Assembly (NCBI GenBank): GCA_964291675.2
Contig: OZ219866.1
Location: 2,048,001-2,112,000, forward strand
From: Alphaproteobacteria bacterium
GTDB taxonomy: Bacteria > Pseudomonadota > Alphaproteobacteria > MPNO01
Direction: 5' to 3'
DNA length: 64,000 nt
The stretch's first letter is position 1, and each line of letters begins with the position of its first letter. The translations under genes and the position numbers were made by a program. Under the pieces are notes generated by a model, which saw only the letters and a list, made by a program, of their open reading frames with translations, was not told the origin of the DNA and did not search any database. This document shows positions 47,754 through 56,751 of the stretch, one piece after another.

Positions 47754-49208
47754 TCAGCCCTCGGCGACGCTGAGCGCGATGAAGTGCTGGTTGCTCTCGC
47801 GCTCGACCAGGACGAGCAGCGTCTTGCGCTCCGCCTTGCGGGCGCTCTCGACCGCCGCCTGGATCTCGGACGGCTCGGTCACGTCCGATTGCTCGGGCCC
47901 GACCTTGCGGATGATGTCGCCGGGGCGGATCTGCTTCTCCGCCGCCGGGCTGCCCGGCTTGACCTCGACCACGACGACGCCGGTCGCGTCGTCCGCCAGG
48001 TTGAAGCGCTTGCGCATCTCGGGCGTGACGGTGGCGAGGTCGAGGCCGAGCGTCTCGACCGTCGCCTGGCGCGGCGTCGCGCCCGGCGTGCGCGCCGCGA
48101 CCTGGCGGTCGTCCTCGGGAAACTCGTCGAGCGTGACCTCGAGGGTCCTTTTTTCGCCCTTGCGCCAGACCACCATGGCGACCTGCCGCCCCACCTCGGT
48201 CTCGGCCACGATCCGGGGCAGGCTCCGCATCTCGGAGATGGTCTTGCCGTCGAAGGCCAGGATGACGTCGCCGACCTCGACCTTGGCCCTGGCGGCGGGG
48301 CCGCCCTCGGCGAGGCTGGTGACCAGCGCGCCCGACGCGTCGGGCAGGCCGAGCCCCTGGGCGATGTCGTCGGTGACGGTCTGGATGCGCACGCCGATAT
48401 AGCCGCGCCGCGCGCGGCCGTATTCGCGGAGCTGGTCGATGATCGGCCCGGCGAGGTTGGACGGGATCGCGAAGCCGATGCCGACGCTGCCGCCGGTCGG
48501 CGAGAAGATCGCCGTGTTGATGCCGATCACCTCGCCGGCGAGGTTGAACATCGGTCCGCCCGAATTGCCCCGGTTGATCGAGGCGTCGGTCTGGATGAAG
48601 TCGTCATAGGGGCCGGCGTTGATGTCGCGCTGGCGGGCCGACACGATGCCCGCCGTGACGGTGCCGCCGAGCCCGAAGGGGTTGCCGATCGCGATCACCC
48701 AGTCGCCGACCCGCGTGCCGTCGGAATCGCCCAGCTTGAGCGCGCTCAGCTTCTTCCCGCCCGGGTCGATGCGCAGCAGCGCGAGATCCGTCTTGGCGTC
48801 GCGCCCGATCACCTCGGCGTCCAGCCGCGTCTTGTCGGACAGGACGACCGCGATCTTGTCGGCCTCGGCGATGACGTGGTTGTTGGTCACGATCACCCCG
48901 GTCGCGTCGATCACGAAGCCGGAGCCCAGCGAGGTCACGCGCTGGCGCGGCGCCGGGTCCTGCTGCTGGCGCTCGAAGAACTCGCGAAAGAAGCGCTCGA
49001 ACGGGGATCCCGGGGCGAAGCGGGGGATCTCCGGCCGGTTGCCGCCATCGGAGCGCACGGTCTGGGTGGTCGAGATGTTGACCACCGAGGGCAGCAGCTT
49101 GGCGGCGAGATCGGCAAAGCTCTCCGGCGGCGCCTTGGCGAGCGCCGGCAGCGTCCCGGCGAGCACCAGCACGAGGGCGAGCGCGAGCGGGCGCCGGCCC
49201 AAATTCAT
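47754..49208 (-). CDS. htrA: HtrA/DegP/DegQ (Do family) serine protease with two PDZ domains
   Basis: SLGSGF, TNNHV, TDLALL, INRGNSGGP; signal peptide; start uncertain. Confidence 0.93.
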   Translation of the reverse strand: MNLGRRPLALALVLVLAGTLPALAKAPPESFADLAAKLLPSVVNISTTQTVRSDGGNRPEIPRFAPGSPFERFFREFFERQQQDPAPRQRVTSLGSGFVIDATGVIVTNNHVIAEADKIAVVLSDKTRLDAEVIGRDAKTDLALLRIDPGGKKLSALKLGDSDGTRVGDWVIAIGNPFGLGGTVTAGIVSARQRDINAGPYDDFIQTDASINRGNSGGPMFNLAGEVIGINTAIFSPTGGSVGIGFAIPSNLAGPIIDQLREYGRARRGYIGVRIQTVTDDIAQGLGLPDASGALVTSLAEGGPAARAKVEVGDVILAFDGKTISEMRSLPRIVAETEVGRQVAMVVWRKGEKRTLEVTLDEFPEDDRQVAARTPGATPRQATVETLGLDLATVTPEMRKRFNLADDATGVVVVEVKPGSPAAEKQIRPGDIIRKVGPEQSDVTEPSEIQAAVESARKAERKTLLVLVERESNQHFIALSVAEG

Positions 49209-49266
49209 GGATCTGCCGTCGCGTGCGGTCACGACATCTCTCCTTCCTGCGCCATCCCGCAATTCC

Positions 49267-49458
49267 TCAGCCCCGGACCAGCCAGGCGAGCCCGACCCCC
49301 GCCACGGTGGCGATCAGCCCGGCGGTGCGCAGCGCATTCGCCGGCTGCTCGGATACGCGCTGGATAAACCGCTTCATCGCGTCGGGGAAGAGCGCGTAGA
49401 GCGCGCCCTCGATCGCCAGCGCCAGGGCGATCGCCGCCAGCAGATCCGCGCCAAGCAT
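49267..49458 (-). CDS. DUF2065 family small membrane protein
   Basis: AIEGALYALFPDAMKR...LRTAGL; usual position after hflC. Confidence 0.85.
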   Translation of the reverse strand: MLGADLLAAIALALAIEGALYALFPDAMKRFIQRVSEQPANALRTAGLIATVAGVGLAWLVRG

Positions 49459-49465
49459 CGCCTGC

Positions 49466-50350
49466 CTATTCTTTCAGGTCCCTGGCCTCGCTGATATTGC
49501 CGAAGAACCGGAAGAAGTCGCTGTCCGGCGACAGCACCATCGTCGTGTCGTCGGCCTTGAGCGCCGCGCGGTAGGCCTGCATCGAGCGGTAGAAGCGGAA
49601 GAACTCGGCATCGCGGCCGAACCCGTCGGCCCAGATCAGCGTCGCCTCCTGGTCGCCCTCGCCGCGGGTGATCTCCGCGGTGCGCTGCGCCTCGGCGAGC
49701 AGCACCGTGCGTTCGCGGTCGGCGGCGGCGCGGATCTGCTGCGCCTTCTCGAAGCCCTGGGCGCGCGCCTCGCGCGCCTCGCGCTCGCGTTCCGAGCGCA
49801 TGCGCGCGTAGATCGCCTGCGCCGCCTCCTGCGGCAGGTCGGCGCGCCTCAGGCGCACGTCGACGATCTCCAGCCCGAGCCGTTCCGCCGCGACGTTCAC
49901 GTCGGTCTGGATATTGGTCATGATCTGCTCGCGCTCGTCCGACAGCACCGCGAGCAGGGTCACGTTGCCGAGCGCCCGCCGCAGGCTCGAATTGACCACC
50001 GAGGCCAGCCGCGACCGGGCGACCGCCTCGGTCGCCACGGTCTGGAAGAATTTCAGCGGGTCGGCGATGCGGTAGCGCACATAGGCGTCGGCCACCAGCC
50101 GCTTCTGGTCGGACAGGATCACCTGCTCCGCCGGCGGGTCGAATTCGAGCACCCGGCGTTCGTACTCGACCACGTTCTGGATGAACGGCAGCTTGAAGTG
50201 CAGCCCGGGCTCCTGGATCACCCGCCTGGGCTCGCCGAACTGGAGCACCAGGACCTGCTTGGTCTGATGGACGGTAAACAGCGCGCTGAACACGACGATG
50301 CCCAGCACGATGACGACGATCCCGAGGATCGTCAGGCGGGTGCGGCTCAT
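49466..50350 (-). CDS. hflC: FtsH modulator HflC
   Basis: VLQFGEP, PGLHFKLPFIQ, RMRSERE, FFRFYRSMQAY. Confidence 0.96.
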   Translation of the reverse strand: MSRTRLTILGIVVIVLGIVVFSALFTVHQTKQVLVLQFGEPRRVIQEPGLHFKLPFIQNVVEYERRVLEFDPPAEQVILSDQKRLVADAYVRYRIADPLKFFQTVATEAVARSRLASVVNSSLRRALGNVTLLAVLSDEREQIMTNIQTDVNVAAERLGLEIVDVRLRRADLPQEAAQAIYARMRSEREREAREARAQGFEKAQQIRAAADRERTVLLAEAQRTAEITRGEGDQEATLIWADGFGRDAEFFRFYRSMQAYRAALKADDTTMVLSPDSDFFRFFGNISEARDLKE

Positions 50351-51507
50351 TGCGTGGTCTCCTCCTGATCGGCGGATTGCTGCGCGCGTTTCTGGATCTC
50401 GGGCAGCGGCAGATAGGGCACCACCCCCGGCCCGCCCTGGGCCGAGGAGTCGATGATCACCTTGTTCATGCCGCGGAACACCTCCTCGATGGTCTCCAGA
50501 TAGATCCGCTGCGTCGTCACGTCCTTCGACGCCTGGTAGGATTCGAGCACCTTGATGAAGCGCTCGGCCTCACCCTTGGCCTTGTTGGTGATCTCCTCGC
50601 GATAGGCGTTGGCGTCCTGGATCATCTTCTCCGCCTCGCCGCGCGCCCGCGGCAGGATGTCGTTGCGGTAGGCCTCGGCCTCGTTGCGCAGCCGCTCCAG
50701 ATCGGCGCGCGCCCGCTGGACGTCGACGAAGGCGTCGATCACCGGGCCCGGCGGGTCGACCTTGAGGAGCTGCACCCGGCGCACCTCGATGCCCGCGCCG
50801 TAGTCGTCGAGCAACTGCTGCACCCGGATCTGGGTGCCCTGCTCGATCTCGTTGCGGCCCTCGGTGAGCGCCGACTGGATCGCGGTCTGGCCGATCACCT
50901 CGCGCATCGCGCTCTCGGCGGTCAGCTTCACCGTGGCTTCCGGGTTGCGGATGTTGAACAGGAACTGGCCCGCATCCTTGATCACCCAGAACACGGTGAA
51001 GTCGATGTCGACGATGTTCTCGTCGCCGGTCAGCATCAGGCTCTCTTCCTGGATGTCGCGCACCGGCAGGTTGCGCGTGGTCTCGCCGACGCTGCGCAGG
51101 CCCACCTCGATGCGGTTGACCCTTGTGACCTTCGGCGTGATCACCGATTCGATCGGCCCCGGCAGGTGGTAGTTGAGCCCGGGCAGCGTGGTCTTGGTCC
51201 ACTCGCCGAAGCGCAGCACCACCCCCTGCTCGTCGGGCTGCACCCGGTAGAACCCGCTCAGCAGCCACAGCCCGATCACCGCCACGACCAGCAGGAGCAG
51301 CCCGCGCCCGCCGCGCAGCCCGCCCGGTACCAGCCGCCTGAACCGGTCCTGGCCGCGCCTGAGCATGTCCTCGAAGTCGGGCGGCTGGCCCATCGGCCCG
51401 CGCCCGCCGCCGCCGCCGCCGCCGCCTCCGCCGCCGGGGGGACGGCCCCACGGGCCCTGACCTCCGCCGAAGGGGCCGCCGCCCCCACCCTGCTGTTTCC
51501 ATGGCAT
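50347..51507 (-). CDS. hflK: FtsH modulator HflK
   Basis: MPW Gly-rich N-terminus, MLTGDENIV, PRARGEA, RIYLET. Confidence 0.96.
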   Translation of the reverse strand: MPWKQQGGGGGPFGGGQGPWGRPPGGGGGGGGGGGRGPMGQPPDFEDMLRRGQDRFRRLVPGGLRGGRGLLLLVVAVIGLWLLSGFYRVQPDEQGVVLRFGEWTKTTLPGLNYHLPGPIESVITPKVTRVNRIEVGLRSVGETTRNLPVRDIQEESLMLTGDENIVDIDFTVFWVIKDAGQFLFNIRNPEATVKLTAESAMREVIGQTAIQSALTEGRNEIEQGTQIRVQQLLDDYGAGIEVRRVQLLKVDPPGPVIDAFVDVQRARADLERLRNEAEAYRNDILPRARGEAEKMIQDANAYREEITNKAKGEAERFIKVLESYQASKDVTTQRIYLETIEEVFRGMNKVIIDSSAQGGPGVVPYLPLPEIQKRAQQSADQEETTQ

Positions 51508-51686
51508 ATCGGATCACCGTCTTGTTGCGCGCCGGGCCGCGCCGCCGCGGGCGCACAGACTACAAGCCGTGCCGCGCGGCCGCGCTATATGATTTGGACG
51601 CCTGCCGCTATGATAGGGCAGGCGGGACGCCAGCGCAGCCGCCGCGCCCGTTCCACGCATATATGCTGTAATTCGGACGATAAACA

Positions 51687-52784
51687 ATGCCCCAGTTGAA
51701 CGAGGCCGCGATCCTCGAAGCGCTCAAGTCGGTGCGCGACCCCGACCGGGGCGCCGATATCGTGTCGCTCGGCATGATCTCCGGCCTGGTCCTCAAGCAG
51801 GGCAATGTCGGTTTCTCCATCGAGGTCGCGCCCGAGCGCGGCGAGGCGCTGGAGCCGCTGCGCAAGGCGGCCGAGCGCGCCGTTGCCGCGGTGCCGGGGG
51901 TGCTGTCGGTGACCGCGGTGCTCACCGCGCACAGCGAGCCCGCGCCTCCCGCCGCCGCCCAGCCCGGCCGGCAGGCGCAGCAACCTCTCATGCCGGGCGT
52001 GACGCGGATCGTCGCCGTCGCCTCGGGCAAGGGCGGGGTCGGCAAGTCGACCACCGCGGTCAACCTCGCGCTCGCGCTCGCCGCCTCCGGCCGCTCCGTC
52101 GGCATCCTGGACGCCGACATCTACGGCCCCTCGCTGCCGCTGATGCTGGGCATTCACGGGCGCCCGACCTCGCCCGACGGCAAGGTGCTCGACCCGATGG
52201 AGGCCTGGGGGCTGAAGGCGATGTCGATCGGCTTCCTGATCCCGCCCGACACGCCGACCATCTGGCGCGGCCCGATGGTTATGGGCGCTCTCGAACAGTT
52301 GATGCGCGACGTCGCCTGGGGCGGGCTCGACATGATGATCGTCGACATGCCGCCCGGCACCGGCGATGTGCAGCTCACCATGGCGCAGCGCGTGCCGCTC
52401 GCCGGCGCGGTCATCGTGTCGACGCCGCAGGACCTCGCGCTGATCGACGCGCGCAAGGGCCTCAACATGTTCCGCAAGGTCGACGTGCCGGTGCTCGGGG
52501 TGATCGAGAACATGAGCTATTTCGTCTGCCCGCATTGCGGCGGCCGGTCGGACGTGTTTACCCATGGCGGGGCGCGCTACGCGGCCGAGGAGATGGGCGT
52601 CGACTTCCTCGGCGAGCTGCCGCTCGACATGGCGATCCGCGAGGGCGCCGACGCCGGCAGGCCGATCGTCGCCACCGAGCCGGACGGCCCGCACGCCGCC
52701 GCCTACCGGGCGATCGCCGATGCCATCTGGGCCAAGGCGTCCGGCGGGGCGCTGCGGCCCGCGCCCGAGATCGTCATCCAGTAG
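51687..52784 (+). CDS. apbC: Mrp/ApbC Fe-S cluster carrier ATPase
   Basis: SGKGGVGKST, DADIYGPS, WRGPM, DMPPGTGD, ENMSYFVCPHC. Confidence 0.95.
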   Translation: MPQLNEAAILEALKSVRDPDRGADIVSLGMISGLVLKQGNVGFSIEVAPERGEALEPLRKAAERAVAAVPGVLSVTAVLTAHSEPAPPAAAQPGRQAQQPLMPGVTRIVAVASGKGGVGKSTTAVNLALALAASGRSVGILDADIYGPSLPLMLGIHGRPTSPDGKVLDPMEAWGLKAMSIGFLIPPDTPTIWRGPMVMGALEQLMRDVAWGGLDMMIVDMPPGTGDVQLTMAQRVPLAGAVIVSTPQDLALIDARKGLNMFRKVDVPVLGVIENMSYFVCPHCGGRSDVFTHGGARYAAEEMGVDFLGELPLDMAIREGADAGRPIVATEPDGPHAAAYRAIADAIWAKASGGALRPAPEIVIQ

Positions 52785-52799
52785 CGGCCGGACGGAACC

Positions 52800-53696
52800 A
52801 TGGCCGAGGACGGGATCCCGTTCCGCAAGCGGATGGCGTTCTCCTACGGGCGGGCCGAGACCGTCGCCCCCCTGGTGCGCCGCATCGTCTGCAACAACCC
52901 GAGCCCGTTCACCTTCCACGGCACCAACTCCTACGTGGTGGGGGAGGGGGAGGTCGCGGTGATCGACCCCGGCCCCGACGATTCCGATCATGTCGAGGCG
53001 CTGAAGCGCGAGCTGGCCGGCGAGACGGTCACCCATGTCATCGTCACCCACACCCATATCGACCACTCCCCGGCCAGCCGCGCCTTCGCCCGCGCCGTCG
53101 GCGCCCCCGTGCTCGGCGCGCTGCCCGCCCCGCCGGGCGACGGCGCGCCGCCGATCGAGGCCGCCGACCCCGACTTCGAGCCCGACATCCATCTCGCCGA
53201 CGGCGATACCGTCGCCGGGCCGGGCTGGACGCTCACCGCCCTGTTCACCCCGGGCCACATGTCGAACCACCACTGCTTCGCCCTCGCCGAGGGCGGCATC
53301 CTGTTCAGCGGCGACCATGTGATGGGCTGGAACACCACCATCGTCTCGCCGCCGGACGGCAATATGGGCGACTACCTGCGCTCGCTGGAGACCTGCATCG
53401 CCCGCTCGGACGCGCTGTATCTGCCCGGCCACGGCCCGCCGATCGACCGGCCGCGGCCCTTCGTGCGCGCCTATCTCAACCACCGCCGCATGCGCGAGGG
53501 CCAGATCCTGCGCTGCCTGGAGGACGGGCTCGCCACCCTGCCCGAGATGGTCGGGCGGATGTACGCGCATCTGCCCGGGCGCATGCACTGGGCCGCCGGC
53601 AGGTCGGTGCTCGCCCATCTCCAGCACATGGAAGGGACCGGCCGCATCGTCGCCGACGGCGCGCCCGACGAGGACGCGCGCTACACCCTGCCCTGA
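52800..53696 (+). CDS. MBL-fold metallo-hydrolase (LACTB2-like)
   Basis: NPSPFTFHGTNSY, THTHIDHS, TPGH, SGDHV, PGHG. Confidence 0.92.
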   Translation: MAEDGIPFRKRMAFSYGRAETVAPLVRRIVCNNPSPFTFHGTNSYVVGEGEVAVIDPGPDDSDHVEALKRELAGETVTHVIVTHTHIDHSPASRAFARAVGAPVLGALPAPPGDGAPPIEAADPDFEPDIHLADGDTVAGPGWTLTALFTPGHMSNHHCFALAEGGILFSGDHVMGWNTTIVSPPDGNMGDYLRSLETCIARSDALYLPGHGPPIDRPRPFVRAYLNHRRMREGQILRCLEDGLATLPEMVGRMYAHLPGRMHWAAGRSVLAHLQHMEGTGRIVADGAPDEDARYTLP

Positions 53697-53755
53697 GCGG
53701 GCGGGGCGAGGGGACGGTGGAGGAGGGGTGGAGGGTTACTGTCGCCACGGTGACA

Positions 53756-53784
53756 TTTATACCCCAAAACGCGTCCCATGTCAA
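53756..53784 (-). promoter_or_regulatory. Near-consensus sigma70 promoter with no downstream sense gene
   Basis: TTGACA(53784-53779)-N17-TATAAA(53761-53756) in an AT-rich patch. Confidence 0.6.
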
Positions 53785-53827
53785 GCAGAATTTTGCATAT
53801 CCGGCATTTTTCTGTGTTCCCGCGGGT

Positions 53828-53953
53828 GCGGTTTCACCCGGCCGGGAGGCGTCGTCATGGCCGGCACCCGGCCCTCTCTGCGCCGCCTGTGGGCGCCCGG
53901 AACGAGTCGGGGCGTGACGGAGGGGCAGCCGCGGCGGTTTCACCCGGCCGGGA
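53828..53953 (+). repeat. 20-bp direct repeat GCGGTTTCACCCGGCCGGGA x2
   Basis: Copies at 53828-53847 and 53934-53953, upstream of the P450. Confidence 0.8.
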
Positions 53954-53992
53954 CACGCTGCTAGGCTCGGGCGTCGGCGAAGGGGAGGGGCC

Positions 53993-55294
53993 ATGGCGAA
54001 GCCTGCGAAGCTCGGGATGTTCCAGTCGGACCCGGACGGGCTGGCGCCGCCGCCGGGCTGCCCGGCGAGCGCGCTGGCCGCCGGCTTCCAGCCCTTCTCG
54101 GACTCCTATCTCGCCGATCCCTACCCGTTCTTCGAGCGCGCGCGGCGCGAGGAGCCGGTGTTCTACAGCCCGGAGACCGGCTACTGGGTGGTCGCCCGGC
54201 ATGCCGACATCGTCGCTGTCTTCCGCGACCCCAAGACGTTCTCCGCGGCGCTCGCCCGCCACCCGGTCACGCCGCTCTGCCCGGAAGCCGCGAGAGTGCG
54301 CGACGGGCTCGACATCGCCATCGAGCCCTCGCTGGTCGACGAGGACCCGGAGACCCATCTGAAGCACCGGCGGATCTTCGGCGATGCCTTCACGCCCCGG
54401 CGGGTGAACGAGATCGAGCCCCGCATCCGGGCGATCGTCACCCGCTATATCGACCGCTTCGCCGGCGACGGCGAGGCCGAGCTGGTCTCGCAGATGCTGT
54501 ACGAGGTGCCGGCGCTCGCCATCTTCATCTTCCTCGGCGCGAGCGACGAGGACGCGGTGTTCGTCAAGCGCCTCGGCTCGACCCGAGCGGTGGTCAACTG
54601 GGGAAGGCCGGACGAGGAAGAGCAGGTCGCGATGATGCGCGACATGGGCGAGCACTGGGCCTTCACCCGGCGCCTGGTGGACGCGGCGCTCGCCGAGCCC
54701 GGCGACAACTATCTGGGCGACATGGTGAGGCTGCATCGGGAAGACCCGTCGCGCTTCACGGTGAACTATCTCTGCAACGTGATGTTCCTGATGCAGTTCG
54801 CCGGGCACGAGACGACCACCCAGGCCTCGGCCAACGGGTTGAAGGCGCTGCTCTCCGACCGTCCGCAATGGGAGAGGCTGTGCCGCGAGCCCGCGCTGAT
54901 ACCGGGCGCGGTCGAGGAGATCCTGCGCTTCGACACCTCGATCTTCGCCTGGCGGCGGATCGCCACGCGCGATGCGGAGATCGGCGGCACCGCGATCCCC
55001 GCCGGGGCGAAGATCCTGCTCCTGCTGGGCTCCGGCAGCCGCGACGAGGAAGCCTTCGCCGACGGCGAGCGTTTCGACATCGCGCGGCCCGACGCCAAGC
55101 GGCACCTCGCCTTCGGCAACGGCGCGCATTTCTGCATGGGCGCGCCGCTCGCCCGGCTGGAGATGCGGATCGTCCTGGAAGAGCTGACCCGGCGCCTGCC
55201 CGGCATGCGCCTGGTCGAAGGCCAGGGCTGGGAATACGTGCCGACGCTCACCTTCCGCGGCGTGCAGAAGCTGCGCGTGGAGTGGGACGCCTAG
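53993..55294 (+). CDS. Cytochrome P450 (stand-alone, CYP116-like heme domain)
   Basis: FAGHETT, EEILR, FGNGAHFCMGAPLAR; NWGRPDEEEQVA resembles CYP116 from memory. Confidence 0.93.
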   Translation: MAKPAKLGMFQSDPDGLAPPPGCPASALAAGFQPFSDSYLADPYPFFERARREEPVFYSPETGYWVVARHADIVAVFRDPKTFSAALARHPVTPLCPEAARVRDGLDIAIEPSLVDEDPETHLKHRRIFGDAFTPRRVNEIEPRIRAIVTRYIDRFAGDGEAELVSQMLYEVPALAIFIFLGASDEDAVFVKRLGSTRAVVNWGRPDEEEQVAMMRDMGEHWAFTRRLVDAALAEPGDNYLGDMVRLHREDPSRFTVNYLCNVMFLMQFAGHETTTQASANGLKALLSDRPQWERLCREPALIPGAVEEILRFDTSIFAWRRIATRDAEIGGTAIPAGAKILLLLGSGSRDEEAFADGERFDIARPDAKRHLAFGNGAHFCMGAPLARLEMRIVLEELTRRLPGMRLVEGQGWEYVPTLTFRGVQKLRVEWDA

Positions 55295-55300
55295 GGCGTC

Positions 55301-55521
55301 GCGTCCCTCGATACGGCCCCTGCGGGGCCTACTCGGGATGAGGGGCCTTCTTATATGTGGTATGTGGCATACCAATCTCTCCTCATCCTGAGTAGCGGCC
55401 GCGGGCGGGCGTCCTTCGATACGGCCCTTCGGGCCTACTCAGGATGAGGATCTTGTATTGTGGGGAGCCACCCCACCCTCATCCTGAGTAGCCCGCCGCA
55501 GGCGGGCGTAGCGAAGGACGC
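55301..55521. repeat. Cluster of four REP-like units in two inverted pairs (REPIN doublet)
   Basis: Consensus CCTCATCCTGA-GTAG-[hairpin]-GTATCGAAGGACGC at about 55301-55345(-), 55381-55400(+, truncated), 55409-55450(-), 55477-55521(+). Confidence 0.85.
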
Positions 55522-55530
55522 TCCGCCGGC

Positions 55531-56697
55531 TCAGCCGGCCGCGAGGCGCTGGCTGGGCACCGACTTGCGGGGATCGAAGAACGGCACCGCGGCGGTCTTG
55601 CCGGGCGCCGTCCCGTCGAGCGTGGCGACCTCCAGCGCGTTGCCCGGACCCGCCAGACCGATCGGCACCCAGACATAGCCGATGTTCTTCTGCATCCTGG
55701 GCGACCAGACCAGCACGGTCACCCGCCCGATCTGCTCGCCGCCGCGGTATACCGGCGCGATGTCGGGGCATCCGGAGATCGGCTCGTCGCCGTCGAGCAC
55801 GACGCCGACCAGCTTCCGGCTCACCCCCTCCGCCCTGATCCGCATCAGCGCGTCCTTGCCGATATAGTCCGCGTCCTGGTCCTCCACCAGCCGTTCCAGC
55901 CCCATGATCTCGAACGGGTTGTTCTCGATCGTCAGATCGGCGCCGTAGCGGTATATCCCGGCCTCGATGCGGCGGATCTGCGACGGCGCGATGGGCCGGA
56001 TGCGGTGCGGCTCGCCCGCCTCCATGATCCGGTCCCACAGCTCCTCGCCCCGGCTCGGGTCGCGGAGATAGATTTCGAAGCCGATCTCGGCGCTCCACCC
56101 GGTGCGGCTGATCACCACCGGTATGCCGTCGAGATCGGTCTCCAGGATCCAGTAGTAGCGGATCTTGGTGACCGCATCGCCGAACAGCGCCACCATCACG
56201 TCGATCGACTTGGGGCCCTGGACCTGCACCGGGTAGATGTCCGGCTCGCGCACCTTGACGTCGAGCCCGCAACCCACCGCATGGCCGCGCGCCCACAGAC
56301 CCGCATCCGAATCCGACAGCGCCAGCCACCACTGGTTCTCGCCCACGCGCAGCAGCACGGGCTCGTTGACGATGCCGCCGTCCTCGGCGGTGATCAGCAC
56401 GTACTTGCCCTGCCCGACGGCGCATTTCGTCAAGTCCCGGGGGGTCAGCCTGTTGGTGAACTCGGATGCGTCCGGCCCGGTGATCTCGACGATGCGCTCG
56501 ACGCTCACGTCCCACAGCGTCACGTCCTCGGTCAGACTTCGATATTCCTCGATGGGATCGTCGTAGTAGTTTGGAATGTACATGTGGTTGTAGATCCCCC
56601 AGGCCTTGCACCCGGCCCGGCGCGTGGCCTCGAAGAAGGGGGACTTGCGGTAGCGGGGGCCGAAATAGAAGTCGGCCTTCGTAAGCATCTCGTTCAT
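55531..56697 (-). CDS. GcvT-family aminomethyltransferase, DmdA-like demethylase
   Basis: RYRKSPFF, IYNHMYIP, LWDVSVER, LSDSD, QVQGPKS, SRTGWS, RRIEAG. Confidence 0.88.
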   Translation of the reverse strand: MNEMLTKADFYFGPRYRKSPFFEATRRAGCKAWGIYNHMYIPNYYDDPIEEYRSLTEDVTLWDVSVERIVEITGPDASEFTNRLTPRDLTKCAVGQGKYVLITAEDGGIVNEPVLLRVGENQWWLALSDSDAGLWARGHAVGCGLDVKVREPDIYPVQVQGPKSIDVMVALFGDAVTKIRYYWILETDLDGIPVVISRTGWSAEIGFEIYLRDPSRGEELWDRIMEAGEPHRIRPIAPSQIRRIEAGIYRYGADLTIENNPFEIMGLERLVEDQDADYIGKDALMRIRAEGVSRKLVGVVLDGDEPISGCPDIAPVYRGGEQIGRVTVLVWSPRMQKNIGYVWVPIGLAGPGNALEVATLDGTAPGKTAAVPFFDPRKSVPSQRLAAG

Positions 56698-56751
56698 TCC
56701 AGGGTTCTCCCATCGGGTGCGAACCTGCGGCGCTCCCACGCCGCCGGTCCG

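Noticed and set aside
51405-51440. (GCC)n tract
   Set aside because: Encodes the ordinary Gly-rich N-terminus of HflK
55301-55521. Possible CRISPR array
   Set aside because: Units alternate in orientation, vary internally and have irregular spacers; no cas genes in the window
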